Shown here in pieces: positions 29,547 through 39,628 of a stretch of 64,000 nucleotides of DNA. Made by a program: the position numbers and the translations under genes. This DNA is from Candidatus Bathyarchaeota archaeon (GTDB lineage Archaea; Thermoproteota; Bathyarchaeia; Bathyarchaeales; Bathycorpusculaceae): positions 106,315 through 170,314 of the forward strand of contig CAVYXJ010000013.1 of assembly GCA_963772455.1 (NCBI GenBank). The letters run 5' to 3'. Below the pieces are notes generated by a model, which did no database searches, was not told where the DNA came from, and saw nothing but the letters and a program-made list of their open reading frames with translations. Positions within the stretch are counted from its first letter, which is position 1. Every line of letters begins with the position of its first letter.

Positions 29547-30991
29547 ACACCTCTAGAAATCGTTGGCAAGCTGTTGATGCAGCAAAACAAGACCCCAGGG
29601 CACGGGCGAAAAATTTTGGAGAAGTCCTACTGGGGTATTCCGAGAAACAAGCCTTGGTTGAAGCTTCGCGGTGTTTAACATGCTCCACAGCCCAATGCGT
29701 TTTGGGTTGTCCAGTTGGCGTTGACATTCCCGCCTTTATTAAATCCATAAAAGAAAGAAAATACAGCGAAGCCATTGCGAAAATAAGAGAAAAAAACAGT
29801 TTACCCGCAATTTGCGGTAGAGTTTGCCCGCAAGAAGAACAATGCCAAAAAAACTGCATTATGGGCAGAAAAGGCGACTCCGTTTCGATTGGTCGACTTG
29901 AACGATTTGCTGCAGATTTAGAGCTGGAAAAAGGCCAACGGTCCCATGGTAAAGTGCCTTTGAACGGCAAAAAAGTAGCAGTAGTCGGGGCAGGTCCTGC
30001 TGGCTTAACTGTTGCGGCGAATTTAGCTAAACTTGGGTATAAAGTTGTGATTTACGAAGCACTGCATGTTGCGGGCGGCGTTTTGGTCTATGGTATCCCA
30101 GAGTTTCGGTTGCCTAAACACGTTGTTCAAGCAGAAGTGAACTACGTTAGGAGTTTAGGCGTTGAATTGCAGACTGACGCGTTAATCGGCAGATTATTCA
30201 CCGTGAAGGAACTGCTGGCAAACGGGTTCGAAGCGGTTTTCATAGGCACAGGCGCAGGTCTACCAAAATTCATGGGAATACCCGGAGAAAACCTCTGCGG
30301 AATCTACTCCGCCAACGAATTCTTAATCCGCGTTAACCTAATGAAATCCTACCAGTTCCCAGAATATAAAACACCAATCCACATAGGTAAAAAAGTAGCA
30401 GTCATCGGTGGTGGGAACGTCGCTTTAGATTCAGCCCGTTGCGCGTTGCGATTGGGCGCTGAAAGAGTCGTCATTGTTTATAGACGGTCAAGGGACGAAA
30501 TGCCAGCACGTGAAGAGGAAATCAGCAACGCTGAAGAAGAAGGTATAATCTTCAAGTATCTTGCTTGCCCCACCCAGTTCATTGCAGACGACAAAGGCCA
30601 AATTAAAGGCATGGAATACGTCACTATGAAACTCAGTGAACCCGACGCGTCAGGCAGAAGTAAACCCCTACCCATCAAAGGCTCTGAAGCAATTTTGGAC
30701 GTTGACACTGTAATCGTCGCAATAGGACGTACCCCAAACCCCATAATCCAATCCACAACCGAAGGCCTAAAAACCCTAATTGGCGGCATCATAGAAATCA
30801 ACCGAAAAACTGGGCAAACTAGCCTTGAAGCAGTCTACGCAGGCGGCGACATAGCCACGGGAGAAGCAACCGTTATCAGCGCGATGGGTTCAGGAACAAT
30901 AGCAGCCAAAAGCATCGACGACCACTTAAAGAATAAACCTCAAAAAGAAAGAGAAATAGAACGCGAAATGCCTAAAAGCAAAGTGATTTGA
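29531..30991 (+). CDS. nfnB: NfnB/SudA large subunit (GltD-like)
   Basis: RCLTC..CVLGCPV, CGRVCPQEEQC, GAGPAG, GGGNVA, AGGDI.TG.ATV. Confidence 0.9.
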   Translation: MSQPMNTSRNRWQAVDAAKQDPRARAKNFGEVLLGYSEKQALVEASRCLTCSTAQCVLGCPVGVDIPAFIKSIKERKYSEAIAKIREKNSLPAICGRVCPQEEQCQKNCIMGRKGDSVSIGRLERFAADLELEKGQRSHGKVPLNGKKVAVVGAGPAGLTVAANLAKLGYKVVIYEALHVAGGVLVYGIPEFRLPKHVVQAEVNYVRSLGVELQTDALIGRLFTVKELLANGFEAVFIGTGAGLPKFMGIPGENLCGIYSANEFLIRVNLMKSYQFPEYKTPIHIGKKVAVIGGGNVALDSARCALRLGAERVVIVYRRSRDEMPAREEEISNAEEEGIIFKYLACPTQFIADDKGQIKGMEYVTMKLSEPDASGRSKPLPIKGSEAILDVDTVIVAIGRTPNPIIQSTTEGLKTLIGGIIEINRKTGQTSLEAVYAGGDIATGEATVISAMGSGTIAAKSIDDHLKNKPQKEREIEREMPKSKVI

Positions 30992-30995
30992 AGTT

Positions 30996-32054
30996 TTATT
31001 TTTCTTTTTTTGTTTCTTCATGCTCAATGCCCGATTCAGGGTTGGGCGTTTTAAAGGCGCGGTTCACTGTCATTTCAGCCATGCTAAATGCGCAATGACA
31101 GATTCTTTTTATGTCATCACGGGTTGAGCATATGCCGCACACTAAGTCAGAGCTTTTTGGGGGACCAGTGAAGGATTTTGTGGCTATTTCTACTTCGGCT
31201 TTGTCCATTTTTTGGCGGTACTTCATTATTTCAACTGCGGCGTCTATGTCTTTGGCGAAGAAGGCGGCGATTCCTTTATTGAAAAGATCCAGGACTTCTC
31301 TTCCTGTAGTAATCATAATCGCCAACACATTGTCGGGAATCTTTTGTTTTGCGCCGTTTAGCATAATGATGTGGCGGGAGATGTCGGCTGCATAGTCAGC
31401 TGCATATTCCATCCGGTAAACTAGAATTTGATGATCCATACAATCGAGCGGATCAACATGTAACTCTTTGGCCAGAGTCGGATTTTGGGCTGCGTCGCGC
31501 AGGATTCGCAGGATGAAGAATGCAAAATGATCCACGTCTTCGTCGAGAGTCATGACCGACTTAGCCAGTTCTATATCTCCGGTTTGCAACGCGTTAATAG
31601 CGCTTTCAACCATCGACGAGGCGATGAGGTGCATACGTTGTACGGCCTGCTCTAGGGAAGCCTTCGACTCGTCCATGAGGCTTTGGATGTAAACGCATTT
31701 TGAATCTGCTTCCATGACTCTCATGTAGAGCCTTCCAGCCATATGCCGAATTGCTTTCGTTTGATTTACTGTAAAAATTTTTCCTGAGGTAAGTATTATG
31801 CCTGAGTAGCCATTGAGGAAGGCACCCAAGATTTTCTGTTTTATGAGAAGGTCTTCTTCGTTTTGTCCTATGCTCAAAGTTATTTCTTTGGGCTCGGCTT
31901 TTTTGAAGGCTCCGGGGTAAATCACGAGTGAGCGGTCCCGTTGAATGGTGAATGAGACGGAGTCGCCTTTTTCCAAGTCGTTTAATTGCATCCATTCTGG
32001 GGGAAGAGAAATAACTGAAGAGGATTTCCCTAAGGACATGATTTTTCGTTCCAT
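30996..32054 (-). CDS. AbrB-PhoU family regulator
   Basis: N-terminal RKIMSLGKSS.VISLP.EW AbrB domain followed by PhoU repeats (DEDVD, E..AD). Confidence 0.85.
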   Translation of the reverse strand: MERKIMSLGKSSSVISLPPEWMQLNDLEKGDSVSFTIQRDRSLVIYPGAFKKAEPKEITLSIGQNEEDLLIKQKILGAFLNGYSGIILTSGKIFTVNQTKAIRHMAGRLYMRVMEADSKCVYIQSLMDESKASLEQAVQRMHLIASSMVESAINALQTGDIELAKSVMTLDEDVDHFAFFILRILRDAAQNPTLAKELHVDPLDCMDHQILVYRMEYAADYAADISRHIIMLNGAKQKIPDNVLAIMITTGREVLDLFNKGIAAFFAKDIDAAVEIMKYRQKMDKAEVEIATKSFTGPPKSSDLVCGICSTRDDIKRICHCAFSMAEMTVNRAFKTPNPESGIEHEETKKEK

Positions 32055-32208
32055 ATGTTTTCCCTGCTTGGCAGTATTAACAGTACATACTCTATTTACT
32101 AAATATATATTATACTTGTGAAACCTGTTTGTCAAAGGTATCTTTAACAACTGTTTTTCAGCAAATCAATTGCAAGAAAATGCCAGTACCGACTTTCCTC
32201 TTAAGGAT

Positions 32209-33228
32209 TTATACCTCGATAACCTTCGCGTTACTAAGCACGTTAACGTTACCATTGCCCTTTGTGATGTAGCCAACTTCGAAATGCCTGACTTTCCGCT
32301 TGTCCAATTCGCTCAATAAATCATCGGCGTCCTCTTTGGCTATGGCTATTAGCATTCCACCTGCCGTTTCCTTAGCTTCACCTTGCAACAAGGGGTAACC
32401 AAAAATTTCAGTTAAAACGGGCGTGCCACGAATTACCGCCAACTGGTCAATAACGACGTCCACTTTCCCAAGTCCTGCCATATTGGCAGCGTGCCCTTTC
32501 AACCCAAAACCAGTCACGTCTGTCGCGGCGTGAACGGGAACTTTCTGCATAGCTTCAGCGACCGGTTTGTTTGAGGTAATCATTACTTCAATAGCTTCAG
32601 CGACAGCCTCTTCAATTAACACTTCAGAAACTTCTTTTAGTACTTCTCTGCCCTCTTCTTCCTTACGCAAACGATAAGCAGCCATCGCAGGCGCAATCCC
32701 AAGAGGTTTAGTCAAAAACAAACGGTCACCAACCTGAGCCCCTTTTGTATAGACAATTTTCTCAATTTCGCTAACAGCAGTTGCCGCCCCTCCAATAATA
32801 GGCCAGGGATTCCTGATTGTATGTCCACCAACAACAGGTGCACCCATTTCGCGGCAGAAATCTCCAAACCCCTTTAGCATTCCTACTGCCAATTCGTCTG
32901 GCATGTTTTCGGGAAACGCCATAATAGACAGAACACTGACAATGTTTGTGACTGCCAAAGCGTAGATGTCACTTGTCACGTTGCTACCTGCGATTCTACC
33001 TTGGATTTCAGGTTCGTCAACCATGGGCGTGAAAAAATCAAGCGTATTTAGTACGGCAAGGTTGTCTGTGATTTTAACGACGCTGGAGTTTTCCCATGGA
33101 CCAGCCAATACATCTGAATTAAAACTCTCTGTTAAACCTGCGTTATCGAGCAATCCGCCGAGTTGATACTGTGGAAGTTTGCAACTGCAACCGTGAACTG
33201 GAACAACTTTTGTTAATCTGTAAGTCAA
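32209..33228 (-). CDS. selD: Selenophosphate synthetase (Cys form)
   Basis: HGCSCK, LDFFTPMVD.P..GRIA..N..SDIYA, GGHT, LTKPLG, TDVTGFGL.GH, ETAGGML. Confidence 0.92.
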   Translation of the reverse strand: MTYRLTKVVPVHGCSCKLPQYQLGGLLDNAGLTESFNSDVLAGPWENSSVVKITDNLAVLNTLDFFTPMVDEPEIQGRIAGSNVTSDIYALAVTNIVSVLSIMAFPENMPDELAVGMLKGFGDFCREMGAPVVGGHTIRNPWPIIGGAATAVSEIEKIVYTKGAQVGDRLFLTKPLGIAPAMAAYRLRKEEEGREVLKEVSEVLIEEAVAEAIEVMITSNKPVAEAMQKVPVHAATDVTGFGLKGHAANMAGLGKVDVVIDQLAVIRGTPVLTEIFGYPLLQGEAKETAGGMLIAIAKEDADDLLSELDKRKVRHFEVGYITKGNGNVNVLSNAKVIEV

Positions 33229-33327
33229 ATTTCATTTGCTCCAATTGTCGATATTATTCCAAATAGCACAGGGATTTATAGGTATAAAAATATTCAAACC
33301 AAAAAAAATGGAAAAGAAGAGTTTTGG

Positions 33328-34618
33328 TTACTTTCTTTTTTCTTGGATTATTTCAAGGAATGCTTCAATTCTGGTTTTTATCTGCTCGGAATCACCCATT
33401 GCATAGTCAGTTTCAATCTTTAGCATCGGCAAACTTATCGCCTTTAATGCACGGTCTACTTTGACGCCTTCAACGTTGTAGTCGTGGCAGTTCTGCAACG
33501 TGTAATAGATTACGCCTTCTGCTTTGAATTGCTTAGCCAGCTCTATTACACTTTTTATGCGTGCATCGTTGGGTGTGAAGCATGCACAGGGTATCTGGCT
33601 GTATTTTTCAACCATAGCCCAGAGCAAATCGTTTAAGCTGTCACCTTTCGGTTCAACCAAGTTAGTAAAGTAACGTGTGCCTACGCAACTCTCCTCAACA
33701 ATCACTGAAGCACCAGCCGCTTGAGCGATGCTGTGGACTTTCCAATTGGGAATCGCCATAGGGCAGCCAGAAATCATAACTCTTGGCGCATCTTTCGCTG
33801 TGACACCTATGCCTTTGTGTACCCGTTCGTCAAGTTCGTCGCAGAGTTCGTTGACTTTTGTGGTGAAGCGTTTTACGTCGTCGTTGAAGCTGATTTGGAA
33901 AATCAGTAACGCATCTAATCCGCTGATGGGCGATGGGTTGTTGGCGCGCAAGTCGGATAAACGTTTGAGGGCTTTTCGTTTGTTGTTGATTAATTCGATG
34001 GATTCTTTTAGTTTTTCGGCGGTTATTTTGTTGCCTGTAACTTCTTCAAGTTTGGTTTTGAATGCTTCAAGTTCTTTGTACCAGAATTCTTTGCCTTGTC
34101 GTGTATCTGGTTTATGAGGAACCTCTAAAACATAGGTTGGAATAAGTTCGTTTAGTAGTTCGTAAACTTTCTTTTTGCCATCGCAGGTTGTTTCTCCAAC
34201 CACAAGGTCGCTTGACTGAAAGTAGGGGCAAGTTTTGTTTAGTCTAAAGCCGTAGAACGATTTTATCAAGGGGCAGAGGTTTCTTGGCAAAATTGCTTCT
34301 GCGTCTGGAACTGAGAAGTCTGCTCCACCGCACAACCCAACCATGGTTGCGTCTGCCGCGTAAGCTAGTCTCTTCTGGCGCGTAAATGCAGAATGCACCA
34401 ATGACTTTTTTGCCTTTTGCTCTGAGGTCGTTGAGTTCTTTGATTCGTAACCCGTGGATTTCTGAGACGACAAAGTCGAAGTAACCCATTCCTTTAGGTC
34501 GGTTCTTCTGTGTTAGGTATAAGGCTCCGTAGTATTGTCCTAAGATGCCAAGGAGTTGGTTATGTTTTTCAATATCCATTCCGAGAGATTTCCACATTTC
34601 TACATATTTTTCTGCCAT
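33328..34618 (-). CDS. Double-cubane-cluster protein (DCCP) / 2-hydroxyacyl-CoA dehydratase family (frameshift near 34371)
   Basis: RPKGM.YFD.VVSEIHG.RI.EL, FCIYAPEE, LCGG, LCPLIKS, CPY, ETTCDGKKK, GCP, ESC.G, PCACF, IETDY. Confidence 0.85.
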
Positions 34619-34702
34619 AGCAATCACATGCCAATGATGAGCGTATTGAAAATTCTAATTATTAAAATTATTGATAAATATTATTAGAAATATTGATTGA
34701 GG

Positions 34703-34937
34703 CTAGCGTTTTTTAACTAAAACCTTAAACTCAGCGGCAGACTTCGAATGCTTCAACCACTTCATGACCATTATTCTTAACCCAACGCTGAATGTTATCA
34801 AACTCCAACTCACCCTCACCAACAACCTCCAACAACTGTCCAGCAACCATCGTCTCAAGCTTACGCTTCGTAAACACCACTGGCATGGGACACATTTTGC
34901 CCTTAACATCCAACTTTTCAATTTCCAAAAACGTCAC
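34703..34937 (-). CDS. tusA: TusA/SirA-family sulfur (selenium) carrier (frameshift near 34748)
   Basis: LDVKGKMCPMPV motif; one-base removal gives ..EASKSAAEFKVLVKKR*. Confidence 0.85.
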
Positions 34938-35287
34938 TAGAACACTATTACTTTGTCACTATTAACTGTCCATTCAACGAGTTCATGAACAGTCGCGATT
35001 TTTACCCCGTCGAAGAGGTCGGCTTGATTTAAGCCACGTGCTTCAACGCAGACCACGCAGGCTTTAACTTCGACACCGCCTTGAATGAGATTTTCAAGAT
35101 TTTGGCCGTAGTTGATTAAGCCTTGAGCGGGTTTTTGACCTTTTTTTGCGAGGTAGACACCGTTTTCGAACAGCCAGATTTTTACTTTGTGGCCTTCTAT
35201 GTCGCAGGTTGCGGCGAATCGTAGAGCTGACATTGCGCGTTCTTTTGCGTATGGGGCTTCGTTTATTATTATTGTGAAGGTGACCAT
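34937..35287 (-). CDS. DsrE/YchN-family sulfur relay protein
   Basis: NEAPY..E..ALRFA, GVYLAKKGQ, CVVC..ARG, DKVIVF. Confidence 0.87.
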   Translation of the reverse strand: MVTFTIIINEAPYAKERAMSALRFAATCDIEGHKVKIWLFENGVYLAKKGQKPAQGLINYGQNLENLIQGGVEVKACVVCVEARGLNQADLFDGVKIATVHELVEWTVNSDKVIVF

Positions 35288-35407
35288 ATCATCCAACCTT
35301 AATTTTCCTGATAGAGAATTATTAAAAAAACTAATATAAGCATTTTCTAAAACAAAAAGCAAATATCACAACAACCTCTAAGAAGCTTACACAGAGGCAC
35401 AAAATTC

Positions 35408-36342
35408 GTGGACACCATAAGGTTCGATTACCTCAACACCTTCCTCACAGTTGCCAGAACACGCAGCTTCTCAGTGGCAGCTAAAGAACTTAAAACCAGC
35501 CAAGGCACAGTAAGCCACCATGTAGCCGCATTAGAAGAGTATTTTGACGCTGAACTCTTCAAACGCACAGCAAATGGCGTAGAAGTTACCGAAGCCGGAG
35601 CCACCCTAAAAGAAACCGCGGAAAAAATACTTCAGCAAGCCCAAGATGCAAAAACCAAAATCTCCATGGCAAAACATAATTTGTCAGGTACTATAAGAAT
35701 TGCTGCAAGCACCATCCCAGAAGAACATATAATCCCAAGTTTAACCGCTGAATTCCAAAAAAAATATCCAGACGTAAAATTCAGGATAAAAGCAGAAGAT
35801 AGCCTAAACAGCCTAAGAAGCCTACAAGCTAACGACGCTGATTTTGCGGCTGTGGGTACAATTTGGGGTTTTGAAGAAAAATTCAGTTATCTCCAGATTG
35901 GTGAAGAGCAATTGGTTCTCATTGTGCCTTGTAACCACCAGTTAGCCAAACATAAAATTGTCAATCTAAACACGATCTTAACTTTCCCATTCGTAAGTCG
36001 TGAAGAAACTTCTGGAACAAGACTGGAAATCGAGCAGTTTACTGGAACAAAACAATCTCCATTCCCAGCAGTTGCGGGTGACGTTGGAGCTTGGAAGCAC
36101 AGAATCAGTAATAACAGCTGTTTCAGAAGGCAGAGGCATAAGCATAATCTCCTCAATCGCCGCAACAAAAGCCCAAGCAGCAGGTTTGGCTGAAAATAGT
36201 TGCAATTGAAGAAGCAAAAAACTGTCGAAAACTCTACATCGTCAGACCAAAAAAGTCTCTTCTAAAGACATCTGAGGCTTTCTGGGAATTCTGCAAAAAA
36301 TACAAATTCAAAAACGAAGCAATTACCTGCTCTTCAACTTAA
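35408..36342 (+). CDS. LysR-family regulator resembling the selenium-metabolism-associated type (frameshifts near 36038 and 36189)
   Basis: SFS.AA.EL..SQ.TVS..LE HTH, IAASTIP, SREETSGTR, ELGSTESV..AV..G.GIS. Confidence 0.85.
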
Positions 36343-36349
36343 AACTATT

Positions 36350-36673
36350 TTACTCTTCGTCAAGTTTAACCCAGATTTTTCCCGATTCAACCTTCCACTT
36401 AAACATGACTAGCTTCATTGACGGTGCGTCTTCGTACTCTCCAGTTTCCAAGCTGAAGCGCCAATCATGGCAAGGACAAATAATTACCAATCCATCAAGA
36501 GATCCGCCTAAAAAGCCACATGCCATATGGGGACAACGGTTATCGATAACAAAAATTTTTCCTTGTTGCTTAATGAACAAAAGTGGTATACCCTCAAAAG
36601 GTACAAGCTTCATTTTACCTTCTTCCAATTCATTTTCATCTAAAACAGGTACAAATTCTTCTTGATTATCCAT
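36350..36673 (-). CDS. Rieske [2Fe-2S] ferredoxin
   Basis: CPH..CPCH.W.F.L.TG. Confidence 0.9.
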   Translation of the reverse strand: MDNQEEFVPVLDENELEEGKMKLVPFEGIPLLFIKQQGKIFVIDNRCPHMACGFLGGSLDGLVIICPCHDWRFSLETGEYEDAPSMKLVMFKWKVESGKIWVKLDEE

Positions 36674-36879
36674 TTCTATTTTCTCCTAAACGATGCCTAA
36701 TTTCCAATATGTATTTGGCGTTGGTATTATTTTAGGAGAACTGCTAAGTTACTGATAATTGGAAAGCAAGAATATAGCTCTCCAACAACCACAACAACCA
36801 AACAAAAATAGCTAAACTCAAAAACCAAAAAATATACATAAACAAACTTAATTGGTTGAACACTCTACATTTTAAAACA

Positions 36880-37721
36880 ATGTTCCAAATCAAATTAATG
36901 CGCCCTAAAGATTTCGTTTTTGCTGCAGAATTAGCGAATACTATGAATTGGAATATGGCAATCGAAGATTTTCAATTCTTGACTTATCTTGAACCAGGCG
37001 GCTGTTTTGTCCTTTTTGATGATTCGCAACCCATTGGCATTGCCACATGCAATAGTTATGGCAAAGTCGGTTGGTTTGGGAATCTCATAGTCAAAGAAGA
37101 ATATCGAAGCAAAGGCGCTGGAAGCCAACTTGTGAAACACGCAATCGACTATTTACATGGCAAAGGTGTTGAAACCATCGGATTATACGCTTACCCAAAC
37201 CTCGTTCAATTCTACAGTAACTTGGGCTTTCGATATGATGAAGATTTTTCTGTACTACATGCACCAGCTCTCAAAGTCAATGTCCGCTGAAGCTCTGTCC
37301 AGCGATAGGAGCTAAAAATATCCAGCAAATAGCGCGGTTTGACTGTAGATGCTTCGGTGGTGATAGAAGAAAACTTCTTGAATCAATCATCCTTGAACAA
37401 GGCAACTTGAGCTATTACGTTTCTAAGGATGCCGAGATAACTGGATACGTGGCCGCTACAGTTTACGGGACAATGGCTTGGGTTGGACCCTTGGTGTGCC
37501 AAGAAGGCAGCGTTGACGCCGTTATTACGCTGATTAAAGCGGTTCTAAGCAAGTTAACTGGTTTGAGTGTTTACGTAGCATTGCCTAAAAAAGAGATTAC
37601 TATCATATCCACTCTTTCTTTGGCAGGCTTTAAAGAAGATTTTTCTGTTGCAAGAATGTTTTTAGGACCAAGTATCGCAAAAAATTGTATATACTTGGCT
37701 GAATCTCTAGAACGAGGATAA
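36880..37721 (+). CDS. GNAT acetyltransferase with tandem GNAT-like domain (frameshift at about 37270-37300)
   Basis: V..EYRSKGAG acetyl-CoA motif, FYSNLGF; second frame FGGDRRKLL..WVGPL..GF. Confidence 0.82.
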
Positions 37722-37723
37722 TT

Positions 37724-39085
37724 ATGGAAGATTATTGCAGACTTTTACTTGAGGATTTTTTGAAAACTTCCTTTCCAACCGTCAAGGTTCTAGTTGATGG
37801 CGCCATTGCCTCAAAGGGACAGAATAGCAATCGGAAAGTTACTTTGTTTCGATATGTTAATGGAAAAAAAATTTCATTTACTTTCTCAGATAGCCGATTC
37901 TATTTACGAGGTTCAGTTGAATATACTAACCCGCAATTAACGGTGGAGGAAGTTCAAGGAATTATAGGAACACGACTGCTTGAAACCTGCGCTAATTACT
38001 TCTACGAACACGGTTTGCGTGAGCCAAATGACAGTGACATAGTTACTCTTTCAGAGTTGCTTAAGAAACCAACGCAAGGATTCATCGTACCTTTTCTACT
38101 AAACACTGATGATGTAGAAGCTGACCGATACTCGATGAATCCACTCAAACAATCAATCGTTGACAGCGGGCAGAGTGCTTTTCCAGCGGCAAATGTTAAA
38201 ACAAGCGAACTAAAAATTGACGAAGCTTACTGTAAAAAGTACGATGGAAGCTTAATTTCCCAAAAAGAAGCAGAGCTAATCAAAGAAAGCCTGACAGAAA
38301 GTAATGGTTCGTACCTTGACTTAGTAGATTCCGTCAAATATAGTCAACTGAAAGATTTGTCAGTATTCTTCGGAATGGATCTCTCACTTTTCACTTTGCG
38401 AATGCCGATATCACCTCTGAAAACAGAAACTAAAGATGGATTGTTACATTACATAATCAAAGAAAGCAATCACGACTACTCGTCTATAGAAGAGGCATAC
38501 ACGTGTATGGGTCGCAGTTTAAAAAACCGCACAACTCTTCTGACGATACCGCATTCTCCTAAAGGATTCGGTTCCAAACGTGCAGCTCGCGGAAAATTAC
38601 ACTTTGAAAACGGCAGATTACTTGATGCAACCATAAAATACAAAACTACTCAACTCTACCCAAACGCCATGGATCCTCAAGACATAGCAGTTGCAGTATG
38701 TGAAGACAGCTTCTCAGTACCCGGTGAAAAACTTTCAGATTACAGTTATTCTGAAACACCTTCTTCACCACAGTTCTTCTTGTATTCGATAGGTTCCCCC
38801 GAGGATGCAACATTATGGCATGGAATTGGTGCATTTGCTGCTCCTCAATTACTTCAGAGTTATCGCTCTGGACGAATAGCCTGCAGAGAAGGAAAATTAA
38901 TTAAAAATTTGACTGAAAAATACAATATCAAAATAGATGTTCCCCTACAATTTAACCTTGCACCCGAAGGCATATGGAGCCATCCAATACACCGCAACAT
39001 TGACGCAAGCATTGGCAGCGTACAAGACCTTCCAGATTTGGCGCATCGAGGAATGAGACTTGAATATCTTCCAACGTTTAAGTAG
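37724..39085 (+). CDS. Hypothetical protein (453 aa)
   Basis: Long ORF starting 2 nt after the GNAT stop; no family recognised. Confidence 0.75.
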   Translation: MEDYCRLLLEDFLKTSFPTVKVLVDGAIASKGQNSNRKVTLFRYVNGKKISFTFSDSRFYLRGSVEYTNPQLTVEEVQGIIGTRLLETCANYFYEHGLREPNDSDIVTLSELLKKPTQGFIVPFLLNTDDVEADRYSMNPLKQSIVDSGQSAFPAANVKTSELKIDEAYCKKYDGSLISQKEAELIKESLTESNGSYLDLVDSVKYSQLKDLSVFFGMDLSLFTLRMPISPLKTETKDGLLHYIIKESNHDYSSIEEAYTCMGRSLKNRTTLLTIPHSPKGFGSKRAARGKLHFENGRLLDATIKYKTTQLYPNAMDPQDIAVAVCEDSFSVPGEKLSDYSYSETPSSPQFFLYSIGSPEDATLWHGIGAFAAPQLLQSYRSGRIACREGKLIKNLTEKYNIKIDVPLQFNLAPEGIWSHPIHRNIDASIGSVQDLPDLAHRGMRLEYLPTFK

Positions 39086-39100
39086 GAGCAGATTTGCAAT

Positions 39101-39628
39101 TTGACAGCAATAGAATATGCTTTTTTTAAAATCTTGCGGTTGTTTAGAAAACTCCCTTTTAACATAATAAGTATAGGAAGCCGTAAAGTAATTTTTTCTG
39201 AGTACTTCAAAGATTTTGAAAATGTTGAGGCGGTAAAGGGCATTTTTGGAGATAAGACTCATGAAGTTTTAAGTCATCTTACAGTCGAGATTAGTTGGAT
39301 TATGGGTTACATGTTCGTAGATGGTTCAGACGGGCATTTGGTTATAAGCAAAGGTTATCTTAACGAGGGTGACAAAACCGACATTTACCTTGATTTAATT
39401 CATGAATTGTGCCATGTTAAACAGTTTATGGAAGGGCGTGAACTTTTCGACCCACGCTATGATTATGTGGAACGCCCAACGGAAATTGAAGCTTACCGCT
39501 ACTGTATTCAAGAAGCAAGAAGAATCGGACTTAGCGAAGAGAGAATTTGTTGCTATCTGAAGACTGAATGGATGAATGACCCCGATTTCAAACGGTTGGC
39601 AAAATCTGTAGGCGTCTCATGTTTTTAA
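39101..39628 (+). CDS. Zincin-like (HExxH) protein
   Basis: LIHELCHVKQ..PTEIEAY. Confidence 0.72.
   Translation: MTAIEYAFFKILRLFRKLPFNIISIGSRKVIFSEYFKDFENVEAVKGIFGDKTHEVLSHLTVEISWIMGYMFVDGSDGHLVISKGYLNEGDKTDIYLDLIHELCHVKQFMEGRELFDPRYDYVERPTEIEAYRYCIQEARRIGLSEERICCYLKTEWMNDPDFKRLAKSVGVSCF

Noticed and set aside
29531-30991. Annotation as glutamate synthase small subunit
   Set aside because: Paired with an NfnA/SudB gene and no gltB, so NfnAB fits better
34729-34760. TGA ending the tusA ORF beside selD as a possible selenocysteine codon
   Set aside because: Readthrough hits TAA two codons later; the natural C-terminus lies in the shifted frame, so this is a frameshift artefact
37286-37292. 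TGA interrupting the GNAT gene as possible Sec
   Set aside because: The downstream half is in a different frame; readthrough meets TAG shortly after
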